64,000 bases of DNA from Calcarisporiella thermophila CBS 279.70. Its lineage: Eukaryota; Fungi; Calcarisporiellomycota. This document shows positions 25,701-38,185 of the stretch, in pieces. The position numbers were made by a program, and so were the translations under genes. The notes beneath the pieces were generated by a model. That model was not told the origin of the DNA, searched no databases, and saw only the letters and a program-made list of their open reading frames with translations. The DNA lies in contig NW_027192227.1 in NCBI RefSeq assembly GCF_041956535.1, positions 74,977 through 138,976 of the forward strand, in the 5' to 3' direction. The stretch's first letter is position 1. Each line of letters starts with the position of its first letter.

Positions 25701-27124
25701 TCATGGTGGTTGCATAATTCAACTAGTAGTAGCTAAAATATAATTTTAGATTTTCAGGGAAGATGGAAAAAGAATATCGGCTAGCTGGAGCAGTTGCTGG
25801 AGAGGCAATTCGCGAAATAAGAACCATCACATCACTTGGAGTTGAGGATGTTTTCGAAATGAAATATGCAGGTCGGTGATGCGGTTAACCGTTTCCAGCT
25901 TTATTTGACGAGTATAGGTTTATAAATAGGGTATTGTCAGGTACCTCATAGCTTTGCAATGAAAAAAGCATTTTTACCTCTATCGGATTTGGGTTATCGA
26001 GCGGATTACATAATCTAATCTATATCTTGGGGTTGTATCTTGAAACACGTCTCATACACTCTGGCGAAATGAGCTCTCAGCAAGTCGCAGTAGTGCTGTT
26101 TACATTTGTATGGTCCTCTGCAGCAATAAGCCAACTCTCCGGTCAGTTGCCAAGATTTGTAAAAGCAAAACAAGCGGCCATCAATATATTTGCATTGCTG
26201 GATAAAAAACCGATTATCGATCCAGATGCACTGGGTAAATGCGAAGCGATAATTCCTGGGACTGCAGAATTACAAAATGCCACTTTCACCTATCCAATGA
26301 GATCCGACGCAATTATACTAAGCGATATATCAATGTCAATTCGGCGATATTTTAAGGTCGCCCTAGTAGATCCGAGTGGGTGTGGAAAGTCAACATCATT
26401 TCTCTGTTGCTCCGATGGTACGATTGCAATTCTGGTGAGGTATCTGTTGATGGTATAAATGTCAAAGAGTGGCAGCTGGATTCGATGCGACAAAGAATTG
26501 CGTACGTTGGCCAAGAGCCGGTGTTGTTTGATATGACGGTGAAGGAGAATATCCTACTTGGGCGGCGAAAAGAACAAGAAGTGACGCAAGAGGATATCGA
26601 AGAGGTGGCAAAGAAGGCAAACATACACGACTTCATCTGCAGTCTTCCCAATGGATATCATACACGGGTGGGTGATAAGGGGAAGCAGATTTCTGGAGGT
26701 CAAAAGCAAAGAATTGCTATTGCAAGAGCTCTGTTGAGAAAACCTGAGATCTTGTTGTTGGATGAAGCTACCAGTGCACTTGATTCGGACTCGGAGAGGT
26801 TGGTACAGGAGGCATTAGATAGTGCAATGGTAGGGCGTACGACACTTGTCATTGCCCATCGATTATCTACCGTGCAAGATTCGGATGTTATCAGTGAGTA
26901 ATTGCATATACTTAAAGTTATATCGATGCACCTAATTCCATAATAATAGTTGTAATGAAAGATGGTGAGATACAGGAAGCAGGGTAAGATTATTTTTTCT
27001 TTAATGGTCCATTTCTTGATATCGATATGGCAATTTGGTTCTAATTAATAGCGACCATGCCAAGTTGATTGCTTATCCTGGGATATACCGCGAGCTAGTG
27101 AGGCAACAGAATCTCAAATATTAG
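22756..27124 (+). pseudogene. ABCB-2: full-length ABCB/MDR1-like pseudogene
   Basis: All 11 exons are recognisable, but there are single-base deletions in exon 1 (175 vs 176 nt), at ~24520, ~25970 and ~26393, a 12-nt deletion in exon 3, and Walker A2 reads DPSGCGKS. Confidence 0.85.
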
Positions 27125-27399
27125 TGATCCAACAGTATATGACCATTACTCACTAGTGGAATTCACGAAGATGGGACAATATTATTAGACAGAATGAGCA
27201 ACTTTAAACGAATTGTATTTGAAATCTAAAGGAGTCCACTGTGCTGACTTAATAGATAAAGCAAGTTGACTTTTATCAATAGCGAAATAATTATGTAAAT
27301 AATTACTATGCATCCTCGCCTTATTTAAAAAAACAAATAAGCAAGAGATAATATAACAATATAAAAGAATCATCTCAACAAAAGAGCAAATGTAAAGCT

Positions 27400-27850
27400 T
27401 AGGAGATTTCAAACCTGGCAGGATCCAGCGAAATTTCCAGGTTACAGGTCTCTCCCAATCATCCCAGGGTCTGAATCGTCGGATTTCCAACCCTAGATTT
27501 GGAGAGGATTTATATACCGAAGTTTAAAACAAGGTGGCTGATTTCCCTGTCAAAATCACCCAATATCACTTTGAAAACTCCAGTTCCAATTTCAACGATG
27601 CCTTAGCAGTCCCGATTTGGCATATTATATATTAGGTACGCTACCGTGGAACATTCCACCTTCGTCGCGGGGAGAACAAATTGGCTCGGTCACCTTCGGG
27701 TCTTTAGTTTCCCTCTGCCAAGTCATTCGTCCCGGATATCAGATTTTGAAATCTGTGCGCTTAACCGACATACATCGAATTCCGATATCCTCTTAGAGCC
27801 AAGCAGTCTGAGAAGGACCGATCACTAATGCTAGCAAGGAGCCGATTGCA
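27400..27850 (+). mobile_element. Short gypsy gag-region fragment fused to truncated ABCB-3
   Basis: GTCTCTCCCAATCA...AATCGTCGGATTTCCAA...AGATTTGGAGAG resembles 56500-56580 and 19130-19220. Confidence 0.45.
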
Positions 27851-30364
27851 CTTCGAAATCCAGCAATCCTATTGTTAGATGAAGCGACATCCGCCCTGGA
27901 TACTGCATCTGAAAAGTTAGTACAAGAAGCTCTGAAATCAGCCTCCAAAAATCGAACGACTATAATCATTGCACATCGACTTTCTACGGTTCGTGAGGCC
28001 GATTGGATTGTAGTGATGGAAAATGGAAAGTTAGCCGAGCAGGGAACACATGCAGAATTAATGTCAAAAGAGGGCATTTATATGGCATATGTACATAGGC
28101 AACAACTCAAAATTGATGAGGACAACAAGGAAAAGAGCATCATCGATTCATCCTTCAAGAGTGCGAGTGAAATAGAGCTAGTTAGCAAGACTAGTGTAAC
28201 ATTGAAGCATAACAACAAATTGGGAGAGTCAATCAGCGTAAAAATCATAGCAGAGAAACGACCACTATATAGGACATTGCGATTGATGTCCCCTGAATGG
28301 AAGTTGATTGGATTAGCCACATTTGGTGGCCTTGTTATTGGAGCTGTGGGTTGCTTTTCGGCCTTTCTATAATTGCAATAATCTAATCAATTATTTTTAA
28401 TTCAGAGCTACCCTATAGGAGGTCTGTTAATTGGTCGTATGATTGATGTTCTTGGACTTCCCGTTGAACAAGTAGAGGGGACTGCCAGATTTTGGTCTCT
28501 CATATACGGTATGGAAACTCAAGTATTTAATCAAATATTTCTGGATATGACGAATAACAGCACTTTGAAATATAGTCGTGTTGGCAATCACAGGGTTTTT
28601 TGCAGCTTTTCTAAGAAATGGGGTTGCTCTTTTTTGTGGCGAACGTTCTATTCGACGATTGCGAGCGCAAACATTCAGCAGCCTCTTACGCCAAGAAATT
28701 GCTTTTTTCGACCACCCTGAACACACTACTAGTTCTCTTACTTACAGAATAGCTAAAGACGCCACAGAGATATCAGAATTACCAAAAATGATTATTGTTG
28801 ATGGAGGGAGCGCTTTTTCTGCAGTTTTATTTGGGTTACTCATAGCCTTTAACTATGGGTGGAAATTAACATTAGCACTTCTACCGACAATGCCTCTTGT
28901 TATAGGTTCATTGTTATTACGTTATAAATCACTGAATGGGTAATAATATTGATTGTGTAATTTGATGAAAAATAACTAAAGTATAATGTTAGGTTTTCAA
29001 GGAAAGTGGAAAAAGAATATCGGATTACTGGAACCGTTGCCGGAGAAGCAATTCGTGAAATAAGGACCATTGCGTCACTAGGCATCGAGGAAATTTTTGA
29101 AGGATGCAGGTTAGTGCTGCATCCGGTCCTAAATTTCATTTATATTGATGACTGAATATTTTAAAACAGAACATTGCCAAGTGCCCCATAGTTTCGCAAT
29201 GAAAAAGGCTTTTTTTACGTCTATCGGATTTGGATTATCTCAAGGTTTACATAGTCTTGTTAATATATTGGGATTATATCTCGGAGCACGTTTCATACAT
29301 TCTGGTGAAATGACCTCTCAGCAAGTCGCAGTAGTGTTGTTTACTGTCGTCTGGTCATCTCTAGGACTAAGTCACTTCTCTGGTCAAATGCCCAGATTTG
29401 TAAAAGCTAAACAAGCGGCCATCAATTTATTTGAATTGCTGGATAAAAAAACGATGATCGATCCAGATGCACCGGGTAAATGTGAAGCAGTAACTCCTGG
29501 AACTGCAGAATTGCGAAATGTCACTTTCTCATATCCGATGAGATCCGGCGCAATTATACTAAGAGACATATCAATGCTGATTCGTCGATACAATAAGATC
29601 GCCCTAGTAGGTCCGAGTGGATGTGGAAAATCGACCATCATTTCTCTGTTGCTCCGATGGTACGATTGCAATTCTGGTGAGGTATCTGTTGATGGTATAA
29701 ATGTCAAAGAGTGGCAGCTGGATTCTATGCGACAAAGAATTGCGTACGTTGGCCAAGAGCCGGTGTTGTTTGATATGACGGTGAAGGAGAATATCCTACT
29801 TGGGCGGCGAAAAGAACAAGAAGTGACGCAAGAGGATATCGAAGAGGTGGCAAAGAAGGCAAACATACACGACTTCATCTGCAGTCTTCCCAATGGATAT
29901 CATACACGGGTGGGTGATAAGGGGAAGCAGATTTCTGGAGGCCAAAAGCAAAGAATTGCTATTGCAAGAGCTCTGCTAAGAAAACCTGAGATCTTGTTGT
30001 TGGATGAAGCCACCAGTGCACTGGATTCGGACTCGGAGAGGTTGGTGCAGGAGGCATTAGATAGTGCAATGATAGGGCGTACGACACTTGTCATTGCCCA
30101 TCGATTATCTACCGTGCAAGATTCGGACCTTATCAGTAAGTGTTTTTATACACCAAAATTGTATGAGTGATTCTAACCCTATAATCCCATAATATTAGTT
30201 GTAATGAAAGATGGCGAAATAAAAGAGGCTGGGTAAGTTTTTTTAACACATTCATTTCTTGATATTGATTTGACAATTTCATAAATAATAGCGAGCATGC
30301 TAAGCTGGTTGCGTATGCTGGAATATACCGCGAGCTAGTAAAACAACAGAACCTTAGTTATTAG
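27851..30364 (+). pseudogene. ABCB-3: 5'-truncated ABCB (end of NBD1, linker, TMD2, NBD2)
   Basis: Begins abruptly at [13 protein letters not shown]. Exons 5(part)-11 are present; a 5-nt deletion at the end of exon 8 (~29100) shifts the frame. Confidence 0.85.
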
Positions 30365-31017
30365 TGATCTAATAGATTGTGGTCGGCAGCCCAGTCTTGA
30401 CTATGATAAGGTAGTATTATTACACAAAATGAACTATTTCCAATGAGTTATATAAGAACTTTGTAATATTCTATTTTGGCACCCTTAAAATATTTAGCAA
30501 TATGAACTTTAATATAAACTGATGATTGGTTTTTGACAACTTAACGAAATAGACAGATATCTTTGCCCTATTAAATCCGGAAGTTCGGTGAGGTACATTA
30601 AATAAGATAGATGGGTTACATTAACTTCAAAAAAGATTTAAAGCAGGTGCTTTTAAAGATCAGACTCGTTGTGTGCATTATAATAATCCATCCAACAAAA
30701 TATCATAAATCCTATTTCGTATCATGTGATAGAAGAGGTGAGTTGTCTAGCTACACAATATGAATCGTTTTCCTCTTTATTCATTTGTTGTAGTTTGTTG
30801 CAATTCACCAATCAACTCTACTTATAATTTATACCATACACTCGATTCAGTGGCCGGGTTGAGCTTGTGTTTTATCCAACCTTTATCTGAAAAATACTAT
30901 ATTAAACAGATACGATTTTACTGTATCTATCGGGTTTTTAAAATTGTTATTCATCAACTTTCTTGGAAAGTACTTTATACCCATGATTCCTTCATTTCAA
31001 TTGAAATATTTTCCACA

Positions 31018-32783
31018 ATGTGTACACGCCAATTGTTGACTGCGCCAATTAATCTCGTATGCTCCACCTCTGAGAACGATACTACTGTTACGGAAATCCA
31101 TCTGCAGAAGTGTCCTAATCTTTGGGATTTACCCTCAGTTTCAGCCTTGTGCTTCCAAGTCCAACTGAATTCATATACTGATCTACATCATCTCCTCAGC
31201 GCTCAGTATCTAATTGATGGAGTTTTACTACCAGAAAGTCTTTTTCGCCCTCGGATAAATGCAACATCTACCAAGAAACAGAACACAAGACATACAAGTT
31301 ACTGCACTTATTTCAAGATCCATACTTTCCCGAAACAAATTGAAGACAAAATTCTCAGATGGCCCACAAGAACTAACATTGCCAAAGAGAAGCTACTCAT
31401 CGATCAACTTTTTCATGTATATTTGAGTACTTGCTGTGTAGACTCTATTCATCCAGATCGTGAAGGATTTCTTAAAAGCTACTATTGTTGCGAACTCGAG
31501 CCTGCCCTCGTTCACACTGCCGTCGCAAGAGCGGCTATCCATTTATTACTCAAACATCCGGAGTCGCCTCTTAAGAATAGGCTCCATATGGCTGTATGGA
31601 GTCTGCTAGAGCAGGCAAATCAATCATTGGCAGACGTATTTGATATTCCATCTCCACAAATTGTTCTTGCCTTTACAAATATGGATTCGTGTCTGAAAAT
31701 GCTTTCTCGATATAAGGATGCATACACATACTTCTCGCAGGCCGTACCGATGGCACTGTCTCTCCATATGGACAAGGACAATGCTACAGAGAAGAATTTT
31801 ATGCAGATAGAGTTTCGAAGAAGAATCTGGTAAAAGCGGCCATTTAATTGCTATATATTATATATATTGATGCCTTATAAATCGAATATATCTAAGGGCT
31901 GATGTTTGCATGCGTGAATTGCTCTATGTATTTGATTTTGATAAGCCGTCTCTAATAAGCATGGATATTATCAAATCATCTCCCAAACCTACGGTAACAA
32001 CGAAAGATAGCAAATCGTATAAGTTTGCAACTGTAATGGGATATAACAGCTTTCGATGATTCATTTCATCATGTTAACTTTCTAATATTCAGATACGTTT
32101 TTTGGTGGGAATTTCCGTGTTTTCCGGTCTCTTAGAGCTACAGAACATTGATTGGGCACTTCCCGATGATATAATCGTTCAAAAATTGGCTGGTCTTGCT
32201 GCATATTTGCAAAATGAACGAACTGAATTAATTCGTTTCTGCAGTGAAGGTGATCTACGAGAGATCCACTCTCCTATTGTAAATTTCGATTTTTGGTTTC
32301 ACTGGTGTGCACTTTGGCGACAATTTATCAAGTCAGACGCACCTACCGGTAGATTAGACACAAATTTGATGCAGCAATTGCATAAAAGGGCATTCGATGA
32401 GTATGTCAAGGTAACAGTATTTTTGGATTTCTGCCTGCTTGTTGATTGGCATTATAATATAATTATATTTATTTAAGTAGGGCTTATTATTCCATTGTAT
32501 CAAGTTTTTTAAGTGGGCGGTTATATCCCAAATCAGATGCAAATCCAAAGTGCTTCTAGTGGCACACATTATTTGTGAAGATGTTAAATTTATCGCTCAA
32601 ATGCATCCCAATATTCGAATGCGGCGCAAGATATTCCAAGAGCTTATTAATGTATTAAATATTCTGCAAACACCAGAAATTAGAGGAATTTTATCAAAGC
32701 TACTCGCTTGTCAATTCATGGATGTATTAGAAGTGATGAAACCAACGGTATTTTCAAAGGAAGTGCTGAAGCGAGCAGCCTAA
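31018..32783 (+). CDS. MHR-4: Fungal_trans/MHR-like protein without Zn2Cys6 domain
   Basis: ATG at 31018 aligns with the family start (MCTRQLL); four exons, open frames. Confidence 0.8.
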
Positions 32784-32892
32784 TATAAGCAGAACAATAC
32801 CAGAAATTGAGAAAAGGTATATTGGAATGGTTGGATTATACAGTATTTTTATTGCGTCGTTTTAAATCGAATCGGCGAAAAATATTGTATTA

Positions 32893-33190
32893 TTCCCTTT
32901 GGGCTCTTGCCCAAAGGAAACGAAGCTGGATGGTATCAGCTCCTTCGGAGCAAAAATCGTGCTTTATTCATAGTTATAGAAATCATTAATAAAATATAAA
33001 AAAGTATAAAAGGTAGATATTGATCAAAGTATTCAAACTGCTGTGTTTAGAGATAATTGTAAAATGTAATAATACAAAGATGGTATCTGCTATTCTCATT
33101 CTCTAGCTTTGAGAGGTCCTTTGAGTCTGTGCTGTTTCTTAGGGTTGTACAGGTGGGTATCCAGCCTCGTTATCCTTGGCCCAAAAGGAG
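32893..33190. mobile_element. Small non-coding element with imperfect terminal inverted repeats (MITE-like or DIRS-end relic)
   Basis: Left CCTTTGGGC...CAAAGGAAACGAAGCTGGAT (32896-32931) versus right ATCCAGCCTCGTTATCCTTGGCCCAAAAGG (33159-33188); perfect hairpin CCTTTGGGC-TCTT-GCCCAAAGG at 32896-32917. Confidence 0.5.
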
Positions 33191-33350
33191 TTGCCCGAAA
33201 ATTATTGTAAAATGGGATGACTTATTCTTGAATATATCGAGACTTTAATTAGTGTTTAGTTCTCGATTTCTTTTTTCGATGAACCCCGCCGGGTTTGGAA
33301 GCGAATATAGATATCCTCGATTCCCCCTTTCAAGAACGGTGTTTTTCGCT

Positions 33351-35115
33351 ATGTATACACACCATTTGCAAGTTGCGCCAATAAATACCATATGCTCTAC
33401 GTCTACGAACAATGCAGCAGATGAAGCAGAAACCCATCTGCAGGCGAGTACTTATCTTTGGGATTTACTCTTGACTTCAGATGCCTTGAGCTTTCAAATC
33501 AGACTGAATTCATATACTGATCTACATCATCTTTTCAGCGCTCAATACCTCATTGATGGAATCATACTGCCAGAAAATCTTTTTTGCCCTCAGAAATATA
33601 CAACAATTACCAACAGAAAGCCTACAGATTACTGCTCTTACTTCAAGGTCAATTTCCCTAAGTCAATTGAAGATAAAATCTTAAGATGGCCAACAAGATC
33701 TAACATTGCCAAAGAGAAACTGCTCATCGATCAGCTATTTCATGTCTATCTGAGCACATGTTGTGTAGACTCTCTTCACCCAGATCGTGAAGCTTTTCTT
33801 AAAAGCTATTATTTTTGTGAACTCGAGCCTGCGCTCGTCCACACCGCTGTTGTGAGAGCAGCTATCCACTTATTGCTTAAGCATCCAGAAACTCCTCTTA
33901 TGAGTAAACTTCGTGTGAGCGTTGGGAGTCTCTTTGCAGAGGCAAAAGAATCGCTAGCGGCCGTATTTGATGTTCCATCTCCTCAGATTGTACTTGCCTT
34001 TGCAAATATGGATACATGTATGCAAGAGATATCTCGCTATAAAGATGCATATGTGTTCTACGCGCAGGCCGCACAGATGGCGCTCACTCTCCAGATGGAT
34101 AAGAACGACGTAACTGAAAAGGACCCTATGCAGCTTGAATTTCGAAGAAGAGTCTGGTATTATCAGCCATTATGCTTGCTAACTATTTTAAATCTATACA
34201 TTGATACCATATAAATCGAATATTACTAAGGGCTGATGTTTGCATGCGAGAATTGCTCTATGTATTTGATTTTGACAAGCCGCCTCTAATAAGCATGGAC
34301 ACTATCAAATCTTCTCCCAAACCGACGGTGACGGCGAGAGATAGCGAGTCTTACAAGTTTGCGACGGTAGTAAGAGATTAAACCTGCTGATATTTATTTC
34401 TATCAAGTTAATTAACTAGTTATTTTAGATATATTTCATAATGAAAATCATAACATTTTCTAAACTCTTGGAGCTGCAAAACATTGATTGGGCGCTTCCT
34501 GATGTTATAATCGTGCAAAAACTGGCTGGCCTTGCTGCATATTTGCAAAATGAACAAACCGAATTAATTCCATACTGCAGTGAAGGCGACCTGCGAGAGA
34601 TCCATCCTCATATTATAAACTTTGATTTTTGGACACAATGGTGTGCACTTTGGCGACAATTTATCAAATCAAATGCTCCTACAGGGAGATTGAAAACGAA
34701 TTTGATGCAGCAATTGCGTGAAAAGGCATTCGATGAGTATGTCAAGGTAACGGTATTTTTAGATTTCTGTCTGTTTGTTGATTAGTGATATATCATAGCT
34801 AACTTCATTAAAAAGGGACTAATCCATTGCATAAGATTCTTCAAGAGAGCGTTTAATTCCCATGTCAGGTGCAAACCGAGATTTCATTTAGTGACCAATA
34901 TGGTTTGCGAGGATGTTAAATTCATTTCTCGAATGCATCCCAATCTTCGAGTACGGCGTAAGATATACCAAGAGATTATAAAAATATTAAATATTTTGCA
35001 AACACCGGAAATTAGAGGAACATTATCGCAACTGCTCGCTTGTCAATTCCTGGATGCGTTAGAAGAAATTAAACCGACAGTATTTTCAAAGGAAGTTCTG
35101 GAACGAACGGTCTAA
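33351..35115 (+). CDS. MHR-5: Fungal_trans/MHR-like protein without Zn2Cys6 domain
   Basis: ATG at 33351 (MYTHHL); four exons, open frames, EFRRRVWADVC motif. Confidence 0.8.
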
Positions 35116-35319
35116 ATTAAGCAGAACATTATCAGAAATCGGAAATAAAGTATATCGTAGTAGTTTATTCCTGTATCTATTGAGACCTAAATTAGTATTG
35201 AGAACTAAATACTAAAATTAGTATTTAGTTCTCAATTTTCTTATCAATGAACTCCGCTGGGTTTGGAAGCGAATATAGATATTCTCGGGTCCCTCATTTC
35301 AAGAACGGTGTTTTCCGCT

Positions 35320-37079
35320 ATGTATACCCGCCAACTGCTATCTGCGCCAATGGATACCGTATTCACCACTTCTGCGAACGATTCTGTAGATGAAACTGAT
35401 ATCCATCTTCGAGAGCGTCCTAATCTTTTGGATAAATTTATGACTTCAGATGCTTTGCACTTCCAATTCAAGCTTAATTCATATACTGATCTACATCATC
35501 TTCTCAGCGCTCAATATTTTTTTGATGGCATCTTATTGCCGGAAAACCTTCTTCGCCCTCAGTTAGACACCACATTTACCAACAGTAAGCATACAGTGTA
35601 CTGCTCTTACTTCAAATACCCATTCCCGAAACCAATCGAAGATAAAATCTTCAGGTGGCCGACAAGATCTAACATTGCCAAAGAGAAACTGCTCATCGAT
35701 CAACTTTTTCATGTATATTTGAGTGCTTGCTGTGTAGACTCTATTCATCCAGATCGTGAAGGATTTCTTAAAAGCTACTATTGCTGCGAACTCGAGCCTG
35801 CACTCGTCCACACAGCTGTCGCGAGAGCAGCTATCCACTTGCTGCTATTACATCCAGAGACACCACTTAGGAGTAAGCTTTGCATGAGTGTAGAAAATCT
35901 AATTGCGCAGGCAAAACAATCATTGGCGGATGTATTTGATACTCCAGCTCCACAGATTGTTCTTGCCTTTACAAATATGGATACATGTCTGCAAGAGTTA
36001 TCACGGTATAACGATGCATACACATTCTATTCGCAGGCTGCTCAGATGGCACTCTCTCTACAGATGTACAAGGACGATGTTGCAGAAAATGATCCTGTGC
36101 AGGTTGAGTTTAGAAGAAGGATTTGGTAATAGCAATCGTTTTCTTGCCTCAAAGGTTATCTATTGATATTATATAAATCATATATTTCAAAGGGCTAACG
36201 TTTGCTGGCGAGAATTGTTCTATGTATTTAATTGCGACAAGTCGCCTTTAATAAGCATGGACATTATCAAATCATCTCCCAAACCGACGGTTACAACGAT
36301 GGATAGCGAGTCATATAAGTTTAAAACTGTAATAAGACATTATAACTACTGATGATTTATTTTATCAAATTAGCTTATTCTATATTTTAAGATATTTTTC
36401 ATATCCAAGATTATCGCATATTCTAGGCCCTTGGAGCTACAGAACATTGATTGGGCGCTTTCTGATGTTATAATCGTGCAAAAACTAGTTGGCCTTGCTT
36501 CGCATTTGCAAAATAAACAAACCGAAGTGATTCAATACTGTGTTGAAGGCGATCTGCAAAAGGTACATCCTCCTATAATAAATCACGATTTTTGGGAAGA
36601 TTGGTGTGCTCTTTGGCGACAATTTATCAAATCAGATGCACCTACTGGGAGATTGGAAACAAATTTGATGCAGCAATTGCGAGAAAAGGCATTCGGCGAG
36701 TATGTCAAGGTAAATGTATTTTTGGATTCTGCACACTTGCTGATTGGTATGCCTATACAATTTACCCCCCATTATGCAGGGTTTAAACTATCGCATAGTT
36801 TTCTTTAGGTGTGCAATTAATTCCAAAATTAAATGCAATTTGAGGTTTCATACAGTCACACGTAATTTTTGCGAAGATGTAAAATTCATATCTCAAACGC
36901 ATCCCAGTGTTCGGATACGACGCAAGATTTTCCGGGAGCATATTATGACACTAAATATTCTCCAATCATCGGAATATAGGGGAACTATGACGCAGCTGCT
37001 CACACATCAATTCCTGGATGTATTAGAAGTGATGAAACCAACAATATTTTCAAAGGAGTTGCTGGAGTGTACAGCCTAA
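35320..37079 (+). CDS. MHR-6: Fungal_trans/MHR-like protein without Zn2Cys6 domain
   Basis: ATG at 35320 (MYTRQLL); four exons, open frames. Confidence 0.8.
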
Positions 37080-37499
37080 ATCAAGTCAGAAATAAATTAA
37101 AAATTAAATAAAAAATATTGAACTGATTGCAATATAGTTTACTTTTTCTTTCATTTGATCACTTAAATTGAAACTGAAAAGAATATCATTTCTGAATAGG
37201 CTACTGAAACACTATCAGTTCCCACATAAAATCCTTACCTCGTTAATACCATAATACATTTGATCAATATCTTGCATTTGTGGAATTGCTCATTACAATC
37301 CTGCTCATGCAACAACTGAAGGATTGCAATAACCTATTAGATTTAGACTACTATCTGTTCATACTCTCTGCTCTATTGGTACCATTCATTTGAATTCTTT
37401 TGAGTACATTAAGTGAAAGGTTACTTTTAACCTCAATCTAGCTTTTTGCGTTCGACTCAAGGCACTTTAATGGAAGCCATTTATGTCAATTATTTACAT

Positions 37500-38180
37500 T
37501 GTCATGTAGTATTTGAAGGCGGAGACCTTGTGATACTTGTCTGCAGATATACTTAACCTACAAGTGGATATCGACTTGACTACAAGAAGCTCTCACCCTA
37601 ATGTATTAGTTTGTTTTCTATGATCAAGAAAAGGAGTTCACATGCTAATACATAGGCAATACGATATCCCACGATGAACCTTCCTCTATCGAAACTCCTC
37701 ATTGATACATCAAATAATCTCAAAGCCCCGAGCTACATCCCCCTCCCTTTTTTCATGACGATATTAGAGCCTCAGCGAGTGATATATAAGATATTCGAGT
37801 ACACGGTCGCAATAATATAAGGGCTATTTGGACAAAAGGCGACTACATCTCAAGGAATAAAACACATGTGAAACACTAGAACATCTTTGCAATGCCACAG
37901 ACGACTTCCGACAATTCGAAGCCACAATGTCATATCAATCTAAGCAATACCTACTTTCGCTGTGGGTCCACTTATCTTTCCTATCTCTCTTAAATAAGAT
38001 AATGCTCTTTGTTGTAATTAAGTTATTATTTTGCTGTTTTACTTGATGAACTAACTTTTAAAGGATACATTTTGGTCATGGGAAACATCTACATTGATTC
38101 AACTTTTTAATACTATATACAGTAAATATATTTACTTTTATTTTACCGTTCCTCACCTATCTACTAATTTTATTAAGTTT
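37500..38180 (+). mobile_element. Gypsy 3' fragment (integrase C-terminus, chromodomain remnant, LTR ~37960-38180)
   Basis: GDLVIL motif at ~37521; TGTGAAACACTAGAACATCTTTGC matches the chromodomain sequence at 681-703; the AT-rich LTR body resembles 800-1000 and 21960-22150. Confidence 0.65.
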
Positions 38181-38185
38181 ATAAG

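Noticed and set aside
30760-31017. N-terminal extension of the MHR-4 ORF (also the TTG/GTG-started extensions at 16315, 33252 and 35263)
   Set aside because: The extensions are in different frames among paralogs and contain no Zn-cluster motif; they are treated as untranslated leader.
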